From assembly GCA_024643345.1 (NCBI GenBank), contig JAHENB010000009.1, forward strand, positions 2,132 through 66,131: a stretch of DNA of 64,000 bases, in the 5' to 3' direction. Below, piece after piece: positions 1 through 8,512 of this stretch. How positions within the stretch are numbered: the stretch's first letter is position 1; each line of letters opens with the position of its first letter. A model generated the notes under the pieces. It had not been told where the DNA came from and searched no databases. It saw only the letters and a program-made list of their open reading frames with translations. Origin of the DNA: Maribacter sp. (GTDB taxonomy: Bacteria; Bacteroidota; Bacteroidia; Flavobacteriales; Flavobacteriaceae). A program made the translations under genes and the position numbers.

Positions 1-427
1 TGCCGATCAAAAGAAGTACAAGACATGCAAAGGCCAAATTATGGGCCATGGCGCAATAAATGTTCCATGTTTCTATGTATTTAAAATTATTGGGACTGTA
101 CTCCCGAACCAGCACGAACTTATCGGAAATGGAAATGGTTTTGTTCCTATCCTGCAAGCCTTCAATTTTCCATAATTTGGGGCCCAATTTTCTGTAGAGA
201 AACCTGCCAAAGGGGTTTATTGCAAATCCAATGATATAGGCAGTGATCACCAAAGCGGTGGCACTGCCTGCATTAAGTTGGTCTGCATGGGAAACGATGC
301 TTTCAAAAAGTTTGGAGAAGGTTGTCACTTCAAGAGGGGAAGCGAGCAGGGTCACTGAAAAAAGGATAATAATTCCCGGTAAAATATGGGCAAAGAAATC
401 GAAGGCATATTGTACTAGTTCTTTCAT
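1..427 (-). CDS. hypothetical membrane protein (3' part runs off the window start)
   Basis: Hand translation of the minus strand from the ATG at 427-425 gives MKELVQYAFDFFAHILPGIIILFSVTLLASPLEV...LAFACLVLLLIG and stays open to base 1. It has several hydrophobic helices. It is absent from the ORF track because no stop lies in the window. Confidence 0.55.
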   Translation of the reverse strand, partial: MKELVQYAFDFFAHILPGIIILFSVTLLASPLEVTTFSKLFESIVSHADQLNAGSATALVITAYIIGFAINPFGRFLYRKLGPKLWKIEGLQDRNKTISISDKFVLVREYSPNNFKYIETWNIYCAMAHNLAFACLVLLLIG

Positions 428-494
428 AATCCAAATATTAATTTTTTAAACCTAAGTCGTTCAATTTGGTACGATTTGCTACCATGATTTGCGA

Positions 495-1214
495 TCATTC
501 ATTCAATTCATCTTCTATAAGCTGCAGCACCCTTTGAGTTTCCAATAAACCATCATTGGTTTCCTCTTTCATCCACCCGCAGTTGAAATGGTAATCGGTC
601 AATAATGAATAGTAAGTGGGTGATTCCAAAACTGAATTAAAATCAAAGGGTTTCAATGAAAAGTAATCATCCTGGTAAAAAAGTGTACTAAGAACCTCTT
701 TGTAGCGGGAATTGTCATTCACAAAGGTTTGGTCGAAAGAAATTAAGGTACGATAGGTAGATTCGAATAACTTGATGATCTCATCTTTCAACGATTTGTT
801 TGTGATTAGATTAAATCCGTTATTTCGCAAGGTTTCATATCCAACATACGAAATTACATCGGCTCCCCCATAACCATTTGTCCCTCTACTGAAATGATAC
901 CCCAAAGAATCGTGATCTGTACGCTTGGCTTCAATGAGATCTAAAATAATTTTGCTCGAGTTTTGGGCCCGATTAAAATATCTTATTCTGCCTCCAAGAA
1001 TAATCACATTACTTTCCAGCGTTAGTTTTAGATCCATTAAAATCTCTTTTTCAAGCTTCCTGTCTTTATGCGCCTCGTTCCAATTATTGATCTGCAAGGC
1101 GATCAAGATCCCTATGACCACCAATATGATTTCCCCAATAGCATATTTCAGGTATTTGCCCGTTTTGTTTTCCATGAAAAGTTGTTGGCGTATTTTTCGG
1201 AAGTATTGGATCAT
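495..1214 (-). CDS. DUF6090-like single-pass membrane protein, paralog 1
   Basis: 239 aa with an ATG start. The N-terminus FRKIRQQL..NKTGKYLKYAIGEIILVVIGILIALQINNWNE is shared with four other ORFs in the window. The family name is recalled from memory (Pfam DUF6090) and cannot be verified here. Confidence 0.8.
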   Translation of the reverse strand: MIQYFRKIRQQLFMENKTGKYLKYAIGEIILVVIGILIALQINNWNEAHKDRKLEKEILMDLKLTLESNVIILGGRIRYFNRAQNSSKIILDLIEAKRTDHDSLGYHFSRGTNGYGGADVISYVGYETLRNNGFNLITNKSLKDEIIKLFESTYRTLISFDQTFVNDNSRYKEVLSTLFYQDDYFSLKPFDFNSVLESPTYYSLLTDYHFNCGWMKEETNDGLLETQRVLQLIEDELNE

Positions 1215-1484
1215 TGTTAAGGTTGTGGTCGGTAAACGTTACCCCAAGATAAGGATTTTATACAATCCAGAATGTGGTCCGGTTTGCTAAATGACCATTG
1301 TCTCTTTCAGGCCATTTGATAATGCCATAAAGATCAGGTTGGAAGGTTATGGAATAACTAAAGTCGTAACCTTCACGCTTAATTATTTAAGGAAACCAAG
1401 GCCAATAGTATTCGATTTTAATGTAAATTTAAGCCCATTAATAGGGCATCCCGAACCTTAGGGATTCAATTAGCACATACCATT

Positions 1485-1973
1485 ATGATATTAAAAGTCA
1501 ACGATAAGAACCATGAGGTAGAGGCAGACCCGGCCACCCCCTTGTTATGGGTCATCCGAGAACAGTGTGGCCTTACCGGAACGAAATTTGGCTGCGGCAT
1601 AGGCCAATGCGGCGCCTGTACCGTACAAATGGACGGTGTAGCGGTCCGCTCATGCCTTACACCCCTGCAGGCAGCCGTCGATAAAGAAATTACGACCATT
1701 GAAGGCATTGCGTCGGGAACAGCATTGCATGCGCTGCAACAGGCATGGATCGAAGAGCAAGTGCCCCAGTGCGGTTACTGCCAGTCGGGCCAGATCATGT
1801 CGGCACACGCCCTTTTGGCGAACAATGCCTCGCCCACCGATGATGATATCGATCAGGCCATGAGCGGTAATATTTGTCGATGTGGTACGTATTCCCGCAT
1901 CAAGAAAGGAATCAAAAAAGCGGCAGCCGAATTGGCTTTGACATCAACCACAAAAATCGAAAACAATGGGTAA
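1485..1973 (+). CDS. (2Fe-2S)-binding small subunit of a molybdenum hydroxylase (IorA / aldehyde oxidoreductase type)
   Basis: 162 aa. The Cys clusters [12 protein letters not shown] and CGYCQSGQ...CRCGTY are typical of xanthine-dehydrogenase-family Fe-S subunits. It overlaps the next ORF by 8 nt. Confidence 0.9.
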   Translation: MILKVNDKNHEVEADPATPLLWVIREQCGLTGTKFGCGIGQCGACTVQMDGVAVRSCLTPLQAAVDKEITTIEGIASGTALHALQQAWIEEQVPQCGYCQSGQIMSAHALLANNASPTDDDIDQAMSGNICRCGTYSRIKKGIKKAAAELALTSTTKIENNG

Positions 1974-4188
1974 GTGGACAAGAAGGGCCTTTATAACCAC
2001 AGGGGTGCTCACAGGCGGCGCCTTGGTGCTCGGGGTTGCGATCCGTCCCGGGAATCGGGCAAGAAAGGTGAAAGGAATGATAGCCGGGGAAGGGGAAACC
2101 GTGATGAACATCTGGTTAAAAATAGCGCTTGACAATACGATTACCGTGATTGTGCCGCATGCCGAGATGGGGCAGGGGACGCATACGACCCTTCCGATGA
2201 TGTTGGCCGACGAAATGGATGCAGACTGGAACAAAGTTCACATGATGGAGGCGCCGGGCAATAAGGAATATGCCAACTATGCCTTGGCAAAAGGTTTTAC
2301 TATAGGGGATAAGGATTTCCCCTCTTTCCTTATCGATACCGTGGATGGGGTATATTTGACCATTACAAAACAAATGGGATTGCAGATGACGGGCGGAAGT
2401 TCGTCGGTCCGATTTACCGGAAACCTGGCCATGCGCATAGCGGGCGCTGCCGCCAAAGCGGTACTGCTACAGGCAGCGGCCGATCGATGGGAGGTGCCGC
2501 TGGAGGAACTGGAGGCAAAGAACAGCTATATCACGCACCCGGCAAGCAATCGTTCCGAACCGTTCATCAGTTTTGCGCCGCAGGCAGTGGAACTGTCGCA
2601 GCCCGCCAAGCCCAAACTTAAAACGCCCGAGGAATTTACCTTGATGGGCACTTCCCTTACACGGTTTGACGTGCCCGCCAAAGTTGATGGTTCTGCTGGG
2701 TTCGGCATCGATGTATCCCTTCCTGAAATGAAATATGCAGCCATCAAAGCGGCTCCGGTTTTTGGTGCAAAGCTAAAAACGGTCGACGACAGTGAAATTG
2801 TCAATATGCGGGGCGTGCATAAGATAGTTCGGCTCGACAATGCGGTGGCCGTCGTGGCCGACGGCTACTGGATCGCAAAAACGGCCCTCGATAAAGTGAA
2901 GGTGACTTTCGAGGAAACCGGCAATGAAACGGTTGACCAAAAAGGCATTTATGCGCAGTATGTGCGAGATATGGAGGCTTCTTTGGCTGGCGGTGATGAG
3001 GAGAAGGATATAAACAAAGGCGATGCAGAGGCTGCGTTGAAGAACTCGGGCCAAGTGGTGGAAGGCGAATACCGGGTGCCCTATTTGGCACATGCCACCA
3101 TGGAACCCATGAACTGTACCGCCCATGTAACCGCCGATCAATGCGAAATTTGGGTGGGCTGTCAGAATCCCCTTGGATTTGCCAACAGCATCGCCGAACT
3201 CTTACATATGGAACCGGATCAGGTACAGGTGCACAATCAGTATTTGGGCGGGGGTTTTGGTAGAAGGTTCGTTGATGATGTGGCCTTACAAGCCGTTCAT
3301 ATTGCCAAGGAGGCCGATTGCCCGGTGAAGCTGATCTGGTCGCGTGAAGAAGATATGCGGCACGACTTTTACCGCGAGGCCAATATCAGCCGTTTTAAGG
3401 CCGCCCTGGACAGTGAGGGCAAAATATTGGCCTGGAACAACCAGTATCTGTTCAAGCACGAACCGCCAGAGGCCCCGCATATCCCTTATGACGTGGCGAA
3501 CCAATCGATACACTACGCCATGAGCGAAACCCATGTGCCCTGGGGGTATTGGCGCAGTGTGGATTCTTCAATGCACGGCTTTTTTACAGAATCGTTCATC
3601 GATGAACTCGCACACCATGCCAAGAAAGACCCTTTTGAGTTTCGAAGGGACCAGCTTTCGAATGCCCCTCGTTTTTTAAAGGTATTGGAACTGGCCGCGG
3701 AAAAAGCCGATTGGGGTGCCGCCTTGCCCGAAAATTGGGGCCGGGGCATATCATTGCATCAATGTTTTGGCACCATCGTGGCGCAGGTCGTAGAGGTCGA
3801 GGTATTGGAAGATGGTGTGAAGGTCCACCGGGTGGTATGTGCGGCCGATCCGGGATTTGCCTTTCATCCCGATGGTTTTGAAGCGCAAATGGAAAGCGGT
3901 ATCATTTATGGCTTAACCGCTGCCCTGTATGGGGAGATCACCATCGATCAAGGGGCCGTGGTGCAAAGTAACTTTCATGACTACCAAATGGTGCGCATGG
4001 ACGAAAGCCCGAAAATCGAAACCTATATCATCAATAGTGGCCATTATCCAGGCGGGGCAGGGGAGCCGAGTACCCCTGGGATAGCACCGGCCTTGACCAA
4101 TGCCATATTCAATGCGACCGGGCTCCGAATCCGGGAACTGCCGGTCAAAAACCATACACTTCGGCCCAGCGAAAAGATTTTGGGCTAA
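1966..4188 (+). CDS. molybdopterin-binding large subunit (IorB / aldehyde oxidoreductase type), Tat signal
   Basis: 740 aa with the twin-arginine N-terminus [20 protein letters not shown]. It carries GGGFGRR and has the length of COG1529-type Moco subunits. It is translationally coupled to the Fe-S subunit. Confidence 0.9.
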   Translation: MGKWTRRAFITTGVLTGGALVLGVAIRPGNRARKVKGMIAGEGETVMNIWLKIALDNTITVIVPHAEMGQGTHTTLPMMLADEMDADWNKVHMMEAPGNKEYANYALAKGFTIGDKDFPSFLIDTVDGVYLTITKQMGLQMTGGSSSVRFTGNLAMRIAGAAAKAVLLQAAADRWEVPLEELEAKNSYITHPASNRSEPFISFAPQAVELSQPAKPKLKTPEEFTLMGTSLTRFDVPAKVDGSAGFGIDVSLPEMKYAAIKAAPVFGAKLKTVDDSEIVNMRGVHKIVRLDNAVAVVADGYWIAKTALDKVKVTFEETGNETVDQKGIYAQYVRDMEASLAGGDEEKDINKGDAEAALKNSGQVVEGEYRVPYLAHATMEPMNCTAHVTADQCEIWVGCQNPLGFANSIAELLHMEPDQVQVHNQYLGGGFGRRFVDDVALQAVHIAKEADCPVKLIWSREEDMRHDFYREANISRFKAALDSEGKILAWNNQYLFKHEPPEAPHIPYDVANQSIHYAMSETHVPWGYWRSVDSSMHGFFTESFIDELAHHAKKDPFEFRRDQLSNAPRFLKVLELAAEKADWGAALPENWGRGISLHQCFGTIVAQVVEVEVLEDGVKVHRVVCAADPGFAFHPDGFEAQMESGIIYGLTAALYGEITIDQGAVVQSNFHDYQMVRMDESPKIETYIINSGHYPGGAGEPSTPGIAPALTNAIFNATGLRIRELPVKNHTLRPSEKILG

Positions 4189-4316
4189 CAAGTTATTGAT
4201 TGTAAGTCAATAGTAATAAAGAAGTTATAAAGGGTCATTTGTAGTGTCACTTTATTAATTTGTTCTCAGATTATTTTAAATCTTTCGAAATGGCAAATTG
4301 TTCAATCTATATTTTT

Positions 4317-5069
4317 CTACCGGGACTTTATGAGCATCAATTCATTTTGTAATTGCTCCATGACCTTAACGATACTACTTTCGATGCGTTGTGCCCGATT
4401 TTGTACCAATGCATTTTCATGAACAACAGCATTCACAATTCTTATGAAAGTTGGATCGTTTTTGATATTTATATATTCGCTTATCGATATTTCGTATAAC
4501 CCCGGAAAGAATCGATTTGTACTCGGCAACCAATTGAAGTATGCCAGCAATACCGGATTGATCTGATGCACCTTGAATTGGGTGCGTTCTTCCTCATACC
4601 GATAATAATAGGGATAGGTAGATTCATATAGAACGGAAATCGCGCCCCGTAGGCTATCGTTTTCTATGATTTCCACCCCTTTCGAAACCAGTAGGGAATA
4701 GCCACTTTTGTTTGGGTCGAAATGCGGGTTTACCCTGAGTTTGGAGACATCGTAATAAAACAATTCTGAAGGGATGGCTTCCTTTTTCATGAACTGGAGA
4801 ATATCATGGCCAGCCAGATTTACGCTGTCCATGATGCTGATGTCCTGCTTTATTTCAACTAAATCGAGTTTGAGGTTACTGAGGATTTCTTTTAGGATTT
4901 TAACTTCTAGGTTTCTTTGCTTGAGTCCATCGTTCCAATTGTTGATCTGGAGGGCGATCAGGATCCCGATTACTACCAGCACAATCTCCCCAACGGCATA
5001 CCGCAGGTATTTCATGGGCTTGTTGTCCCCTGCGTGTTTCAGGCGTGTCCTTCTAAAGAATGTGAGCAT
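4317..5069 (-). CDS. DUF6090-like single-pass membrane protein, paralog 2
   Basis: 250 aa with an ATG start. The N-terminus is FFRRTRLKHAGDNKPMKYLRYAVGEIVLVVIGILIALQINNWND. The mid motif GYSLLVSKGVEIIENDSLRGAISVLYESTY aligns with the paralogs. Confidence 0.8.
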   Translation of the reverse strand: MLTFFRRTRLKHAGDNKPMKYLRYAVGEIVLVVIGILIALQINNWNDGLKQRNLEVKILKEILSNLKLDLVEIKQDISIMDSVNLAGHDILQFMKKEAIPSELFYYDVSKLRVNPHFDPNKSGYSLLVSKGVEIIENDSLRGAISVLYESTYPYYYRYEEERTQFKVHQINPVLLAYFNWLPSTNRFFPGLYEISISEYINIKNDPTFIRIVNAVVHENALVQNRAQRIESSIVKVMEQLQNELMLIKSR

Positions 5070-5096
5070 AGCTTACTGTTTTTACAAGGCTTGAAA

Positions 5097-5819
5097 CTAT
5101 TGGTCTCCTAGTTCCTCATCGATGCGTTGCATGACTTTTTCACTTTGTGCCAGGCATTTCTTCAACGTATTTTGAAATAAGCTGCGCGCAAAGTAGATAT
5201 TGTATATTTCGGTCAAAAATCGCTTGTCCGCTCCTATTTTCTCAAGGTCATAAGGTTCAAACGAATCAGGGCCCGTTTTATAGAGGTAATCTTTCCACCA
5301 GTCTACCTTGTTCAGGTACAGGCTGTTGGCGAAATATAGATCGGTTTCCACCAAACCATAGGTAACTTCGAAAAGGCTTAAAATCTGGTCTTTCAGAACT
5401 TCATTTCCCAAAATGGTGAACCCCGTGCTTTTGAGCGACTCATAGCCATCGGTATTCAGGCGGAATAAAAAAGTGCCACTCCGGAGTGCCTGGTTGATAT
5501 TATTATTGAAAACGGCGGGCTGATCACCCTCCGACAACAAATAGGCCCGGATGCTATCGGCAGAGACATTGATTTGATCAATCGTGGTTATAGCCTCCTG
5601 GATCATTAAATTGTTCCGAAGAATGTTGTCTTTAATATCCTGGAGCACAACCCCCTCCAGTTTTTTGTCTTTCCGCCCCTCATTCCAATTGTTGATCTGA
5701 AGGGCGATCAAGATCCCGATCACCACCAATACAATCTCACCGATGGCATAGCGGGCATATTTTAAAGGCTTATTGTCATCAGCCAGTTTTTGCCGGGCCT
5801 TTCTAAAGAAGTTGATCAT
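5097..5819 (-). CDS. DUF6090-like single-pass membrane protein, paralog 3
   Basis: The ORF track starts at TTG 5825. The ATG at 5819 gives MINFFRKARQKLADDNKPLKYARYAIGEIVLVVIGILIALQINNWNE, which matches the paralog N-termini. It lies 27 nt upstream of paralog 2 on the same strand. Confidence 0.8.
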   Translation of the reverse strand: MINFFRKARQKLADDNKPLKYARYAIGEIVLVVIGILIALQINNWNEGRKDKKLEGVVLQDIKDNILRNNLMIQEAITTIDQINVSADSIRAYLLSEGDQPAVFNNNINQALRSGTFLFRLNTDGYESLKSTGFTILGNEVLKDQILSLFEVTYGLVETDLYFANSLYLNKVDWWKDYLYKTGPDSFEPYDLEKIGADKRFLTEIYNIYFARSLFQNTLKKCLAQSEKVMQRIDEELGDQ

Positions 5820-5887
5820 TGGCAAATGGGTTAGGGATATAAAAGACGTATAATTTTGACGTTTTTCAATGTTTTGAACAGGGTCAA

Positions 5888-7336
5888 TCAGTCCCTATAG
5901 TCCAATGCGGGCGGCCTATCTCCAAGCAATGCTTCGTATTGGTAATCGCCTTTGGTCTGTACAAACTCTTCTTTTGCTTTTTGTATCAAAGCGGGATCCA
6001 TGAACAAATCTATTGCGCTGAACGCCATTGTTTTTGCGGCAACCATCATTCCTTTGATGCCGATATCCCCCCCGCCACAAGCGACCGCTTGCCAACTATG
6101 TGCAGAAGTGCCCGGTACCCAAGTCGCTGTCTCCAAACCTACCGTTGGTACTACATAACTTACATCGCCCACATCGGTAGATCCTTGATTTTTTTCTGTC
6201 TGCAAAGGGTTTATGATGGTCGCGGCATCTATTGAAGGAATATTGCCCGTAAAAGTGGACTGTAATTCTTTCGAAAAAATGACTTCCCCGGGGGTATACT
6301 TTACCCCGCCCACTTTTTCTAAATTGGCCTGCATATTCAAAGCAAGGGTTTTATTGATCAAAAGGTCATGGGTCCCATCGATTACCTCGAAGTCCATTGT
6401 AGTTTCTGTACCAAGGGCGGCCCCCTTGGCTGTATTTACAACCCTGTTGAACAAGCTTTCCACCATGGCTCTTTCCGGGTTTCTCACGTAATAAAATACT
6501 TCGGCAAAATCGGGAACGACATTCGGGGCCTTCCCGCCATTGGTAATCACATAATGGATCCGGGATTCCTGTGGAACATGCTCACGCATCATGTTCACCA
6601 TATAATCCATGGCCTCGACCGCATCCAAGGCCGAGCGTCCTTTTTCAGGAGCCGCCGCGGCATGTGCAGAATTGCCATGAAACCTGAACTTGGCGGATTT
6701 ATAGGCCAAAGCACTGGTATATGTTACCGCATTCTTATCACCGGGATGCCAATGAATCGCCACATCTACATTATTGAACAAGCCTTCCCGAACCATATAT
6801 ACCTTACCGCCCCCGCCTTCTTCGGCGGGACTGCCAAATATTTTAATGGTACCCTTTAGTTTGCCCGACTCCAATAATTTTTTTATGGTAATTCCTGTGG
6901 CCACTGAACCGGCTCCGAACAGATGATGCCCGCAGCCATGCCCATTGTTTTTATTTGCAATGGGGGTCCTGATAGCGGAATTGTCTTGCGACAGGCCCGG
7001 CAAGGCGTCATACTCAGCCAGAATCGCAATGACAGGGGAGCCGCTGCCATAGGTTGCTACAAATGCAGTGGGCATGCCCGCTACGCCAGTATCTACGGTA
7101 AAACCATTGTCCCTTAACGTGTTCTGTAACAGGGCAGTACTTTCATTTTCTTTAAACCCCAATTCTGCATAATCCCATATACTTAGGGCTATTTTTTTAT
7201 AGGCATCATAATCTGAATCCAGGGTAGATGCCGATTCCTTTTTTAAGGCATCAATTGATTTGTTTTGTTTATTGCCTTGGGCCGAGCCAATGGAACAAAG
7301 GGCCATCGATAAGAAGGCGAGAAGAATTATTTTCAT
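5888..7336 (-). CDS. M20-family amidohydrolase/peptidase (AbgB-like), exported
   Basis: 482 aa with signal peptide MKIILLAFLSMALCSIGSAQ. The metal-site motifs GHGCGHHLFG and SPAEEGGGGK are typical of M20D amidohydrolases. Confidence 0.85.
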   Translation of the reverse strand: MKIILLAFLSMALCSIGSAQGNKQNKSIDALKKESASTLDSDYDAYKKIALSIWDYAELGFKENESTALLQNTLRDNGFTVDTGVAGMPTAFVATYGSGSPVIAILAEYDALPGLSQDNSAIRTPIANKNNGHGCGHHLFGAGSVATGITIKKLLESGKLKGTIKIFGSPAEEGGGGKVYMVREGLFNNVDVAIHWHPGDKNAVTYTSALAYKSAKFRFHGNSAHAAAAPEKGRSALDAVEAMDYMVNMMREHVPQESRIHYVITNGGKAPNVVPDFAEVFYYVRNPERAMVESLFNRVVNTAKGAALGTETTMDFEVIDGTHDLLINKTLALNMQANLEKVGGVKYTPGEVIFSKELQSTFTGNIPSIDAATIINPLQTEKNQGSTDVGDVSYVVPTVGLETATWVPGTSAHSWQAVACGGGDIGIKGMMVAAKTMAFSAIDLFMDPALIQKAKEEFVQTKGDYQYEALLGDRPPALDYRD

Positions 7337-7669
7337 GTTGTTATGAATAATGGATTAATGCTTTCTTAATGAGGGTTTCAAACTAAAAGTTACAAAACCC
7401 ATGATAATGATGCGTTTGCGCCTCGAACGGCAAATTTTGGTTAAAGTAGTGAAGTCTGCCGATGCGCGCAAGGTTTGTAGAGCATGCCGCGAAACAAAAA
7501 TCAAAAATTTCGATCACTCAATACCCAAACAGCGCTAAACCTTGAAGGTGGCAGGAGAATCGGGGTGGGCAAAAATATCGACTTGGGAACATCACTTACA
7601 GAACGAGCTTACAATGATCGTCTATGATCATAACCGTGAACTTGGCTTTTGGTAATAAGGTCCCATACA

Positions 7670-8461
7670 TTATTGTGCAATCTCATGCTCAATCATCTCA
7701 ATAATTTCCTGTGCCATATTTTTTGCATTGACCGCCTGAAGGCAGTGCCAGTTTGCTTCACTACTTATTGTTTTTAATCTTAAGATTATGCCCTTATCAT
7801 TTTTGATAAGTTCAATAGGGTCTGCTATATCTAGCTTGAGTTCAGGATTCACATTATAGCTATCCCTTAAAAAATCATTAAATTCATCCTGCATATTTAC
7901 TCTGTTTTGAATGTTCAAATCACCGAAATGAAAATCAATAACAGCATAATAATCATGTATTTTTCTTTTTAATGGATCATTTTTAATTTCTGAATATAGC
8001 CCAAGATTATTTATTTCATTCAAGGCAGTTCGATCAACTACTACGTTATTAAATCCTCTTGTAAACCAACTAAAACTTTTCCTGATGAATTTCAAATCCA
8101 AACTATCTGGGTAAGGTCCCTGCCAAATAAATGTGCTGTCGGCTTTTGGAAGAGAAGGTCCCGCATTAAATGTTTGATCTGCCTTTTCAAGTAAATATTC
8201 AATAGAACTTGAGCGAAATTCATTGACATTCATGGTTCTAGACCACATTATACTATCTGACCTTAAAGAGGCGACCAAATTTAGCAATTGACTTTTGATC
8301 AGGACTTGTTTCTTCCTTCCCTCATTCCAATTGTTCACCTGAAGTGCCAATAGGATTCCTATCATCACCAATACGATCTCCCCAATGGCATACTTTAAGT
8401 ATTTTCCCGTATTGTTCTCTTTGAGAAATTGTAGACGAACCTTACGGAAGTATCTGATCAT
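7670..8461 (-). CDS. DUF6090-like single-pass membrane protein, paralog 4
   Basis: The ORF track starts at TTG 8467. The ATG at 8461 gives MIRYFRKVRLQFLKENNTGKYLKYAIGEIVLVMIGILLALQVNNWNE. It lies 51 nt downstream of the M1 peptidase gene. Confidence 0.8.
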   Translation of the reverse strand: MIRYFRKVRLQFLKENNTGKYLKYAIGEIVLVMIGILLALQVNNWNEGRKKQVLIKSQLLNLVASLRSDSIMWSRTMNVNEFRSSSIEYLLEKADQTFNAGPSLPKADSTFIWQGPYPDSLDLKFIRKSFSWFTRGFNNVVVDRTALNEINNLGLYSEIKNDPLKRKIHDYYAVIDFHFGDLNIQNRVNMQDEFNDFLRDSYNVNPELKLDIADPIELIKNDKGIILRLKTISSEANWHCLQAVNAKNMAQEIIEMIEHEIAQ

Positions 8462-8512
8462 GGACAATACTTTTTTTAGCTGATGTAAAGTGCAAACAGA
8501 CTTTACATGACC

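Noticed and set aside
243-449. 68-aa plus-strand ORF in the track
   Set aside because: It lies entirely antisense to the longer open minus-strand frame that starts at 427 and runs off the window. It starts with GTG and has an implausible composition.
7401-7538. 45-aa basic ORF (MIMMRLRLERQILVK...) in the 333-bp gap between the M20 gene and paralog 4
   Set aside because: It has no recognisable motif, promoter or coupling. It is probably a chance ORF in a slightly GC-richer spacer, and I could not show it is a gene relic.
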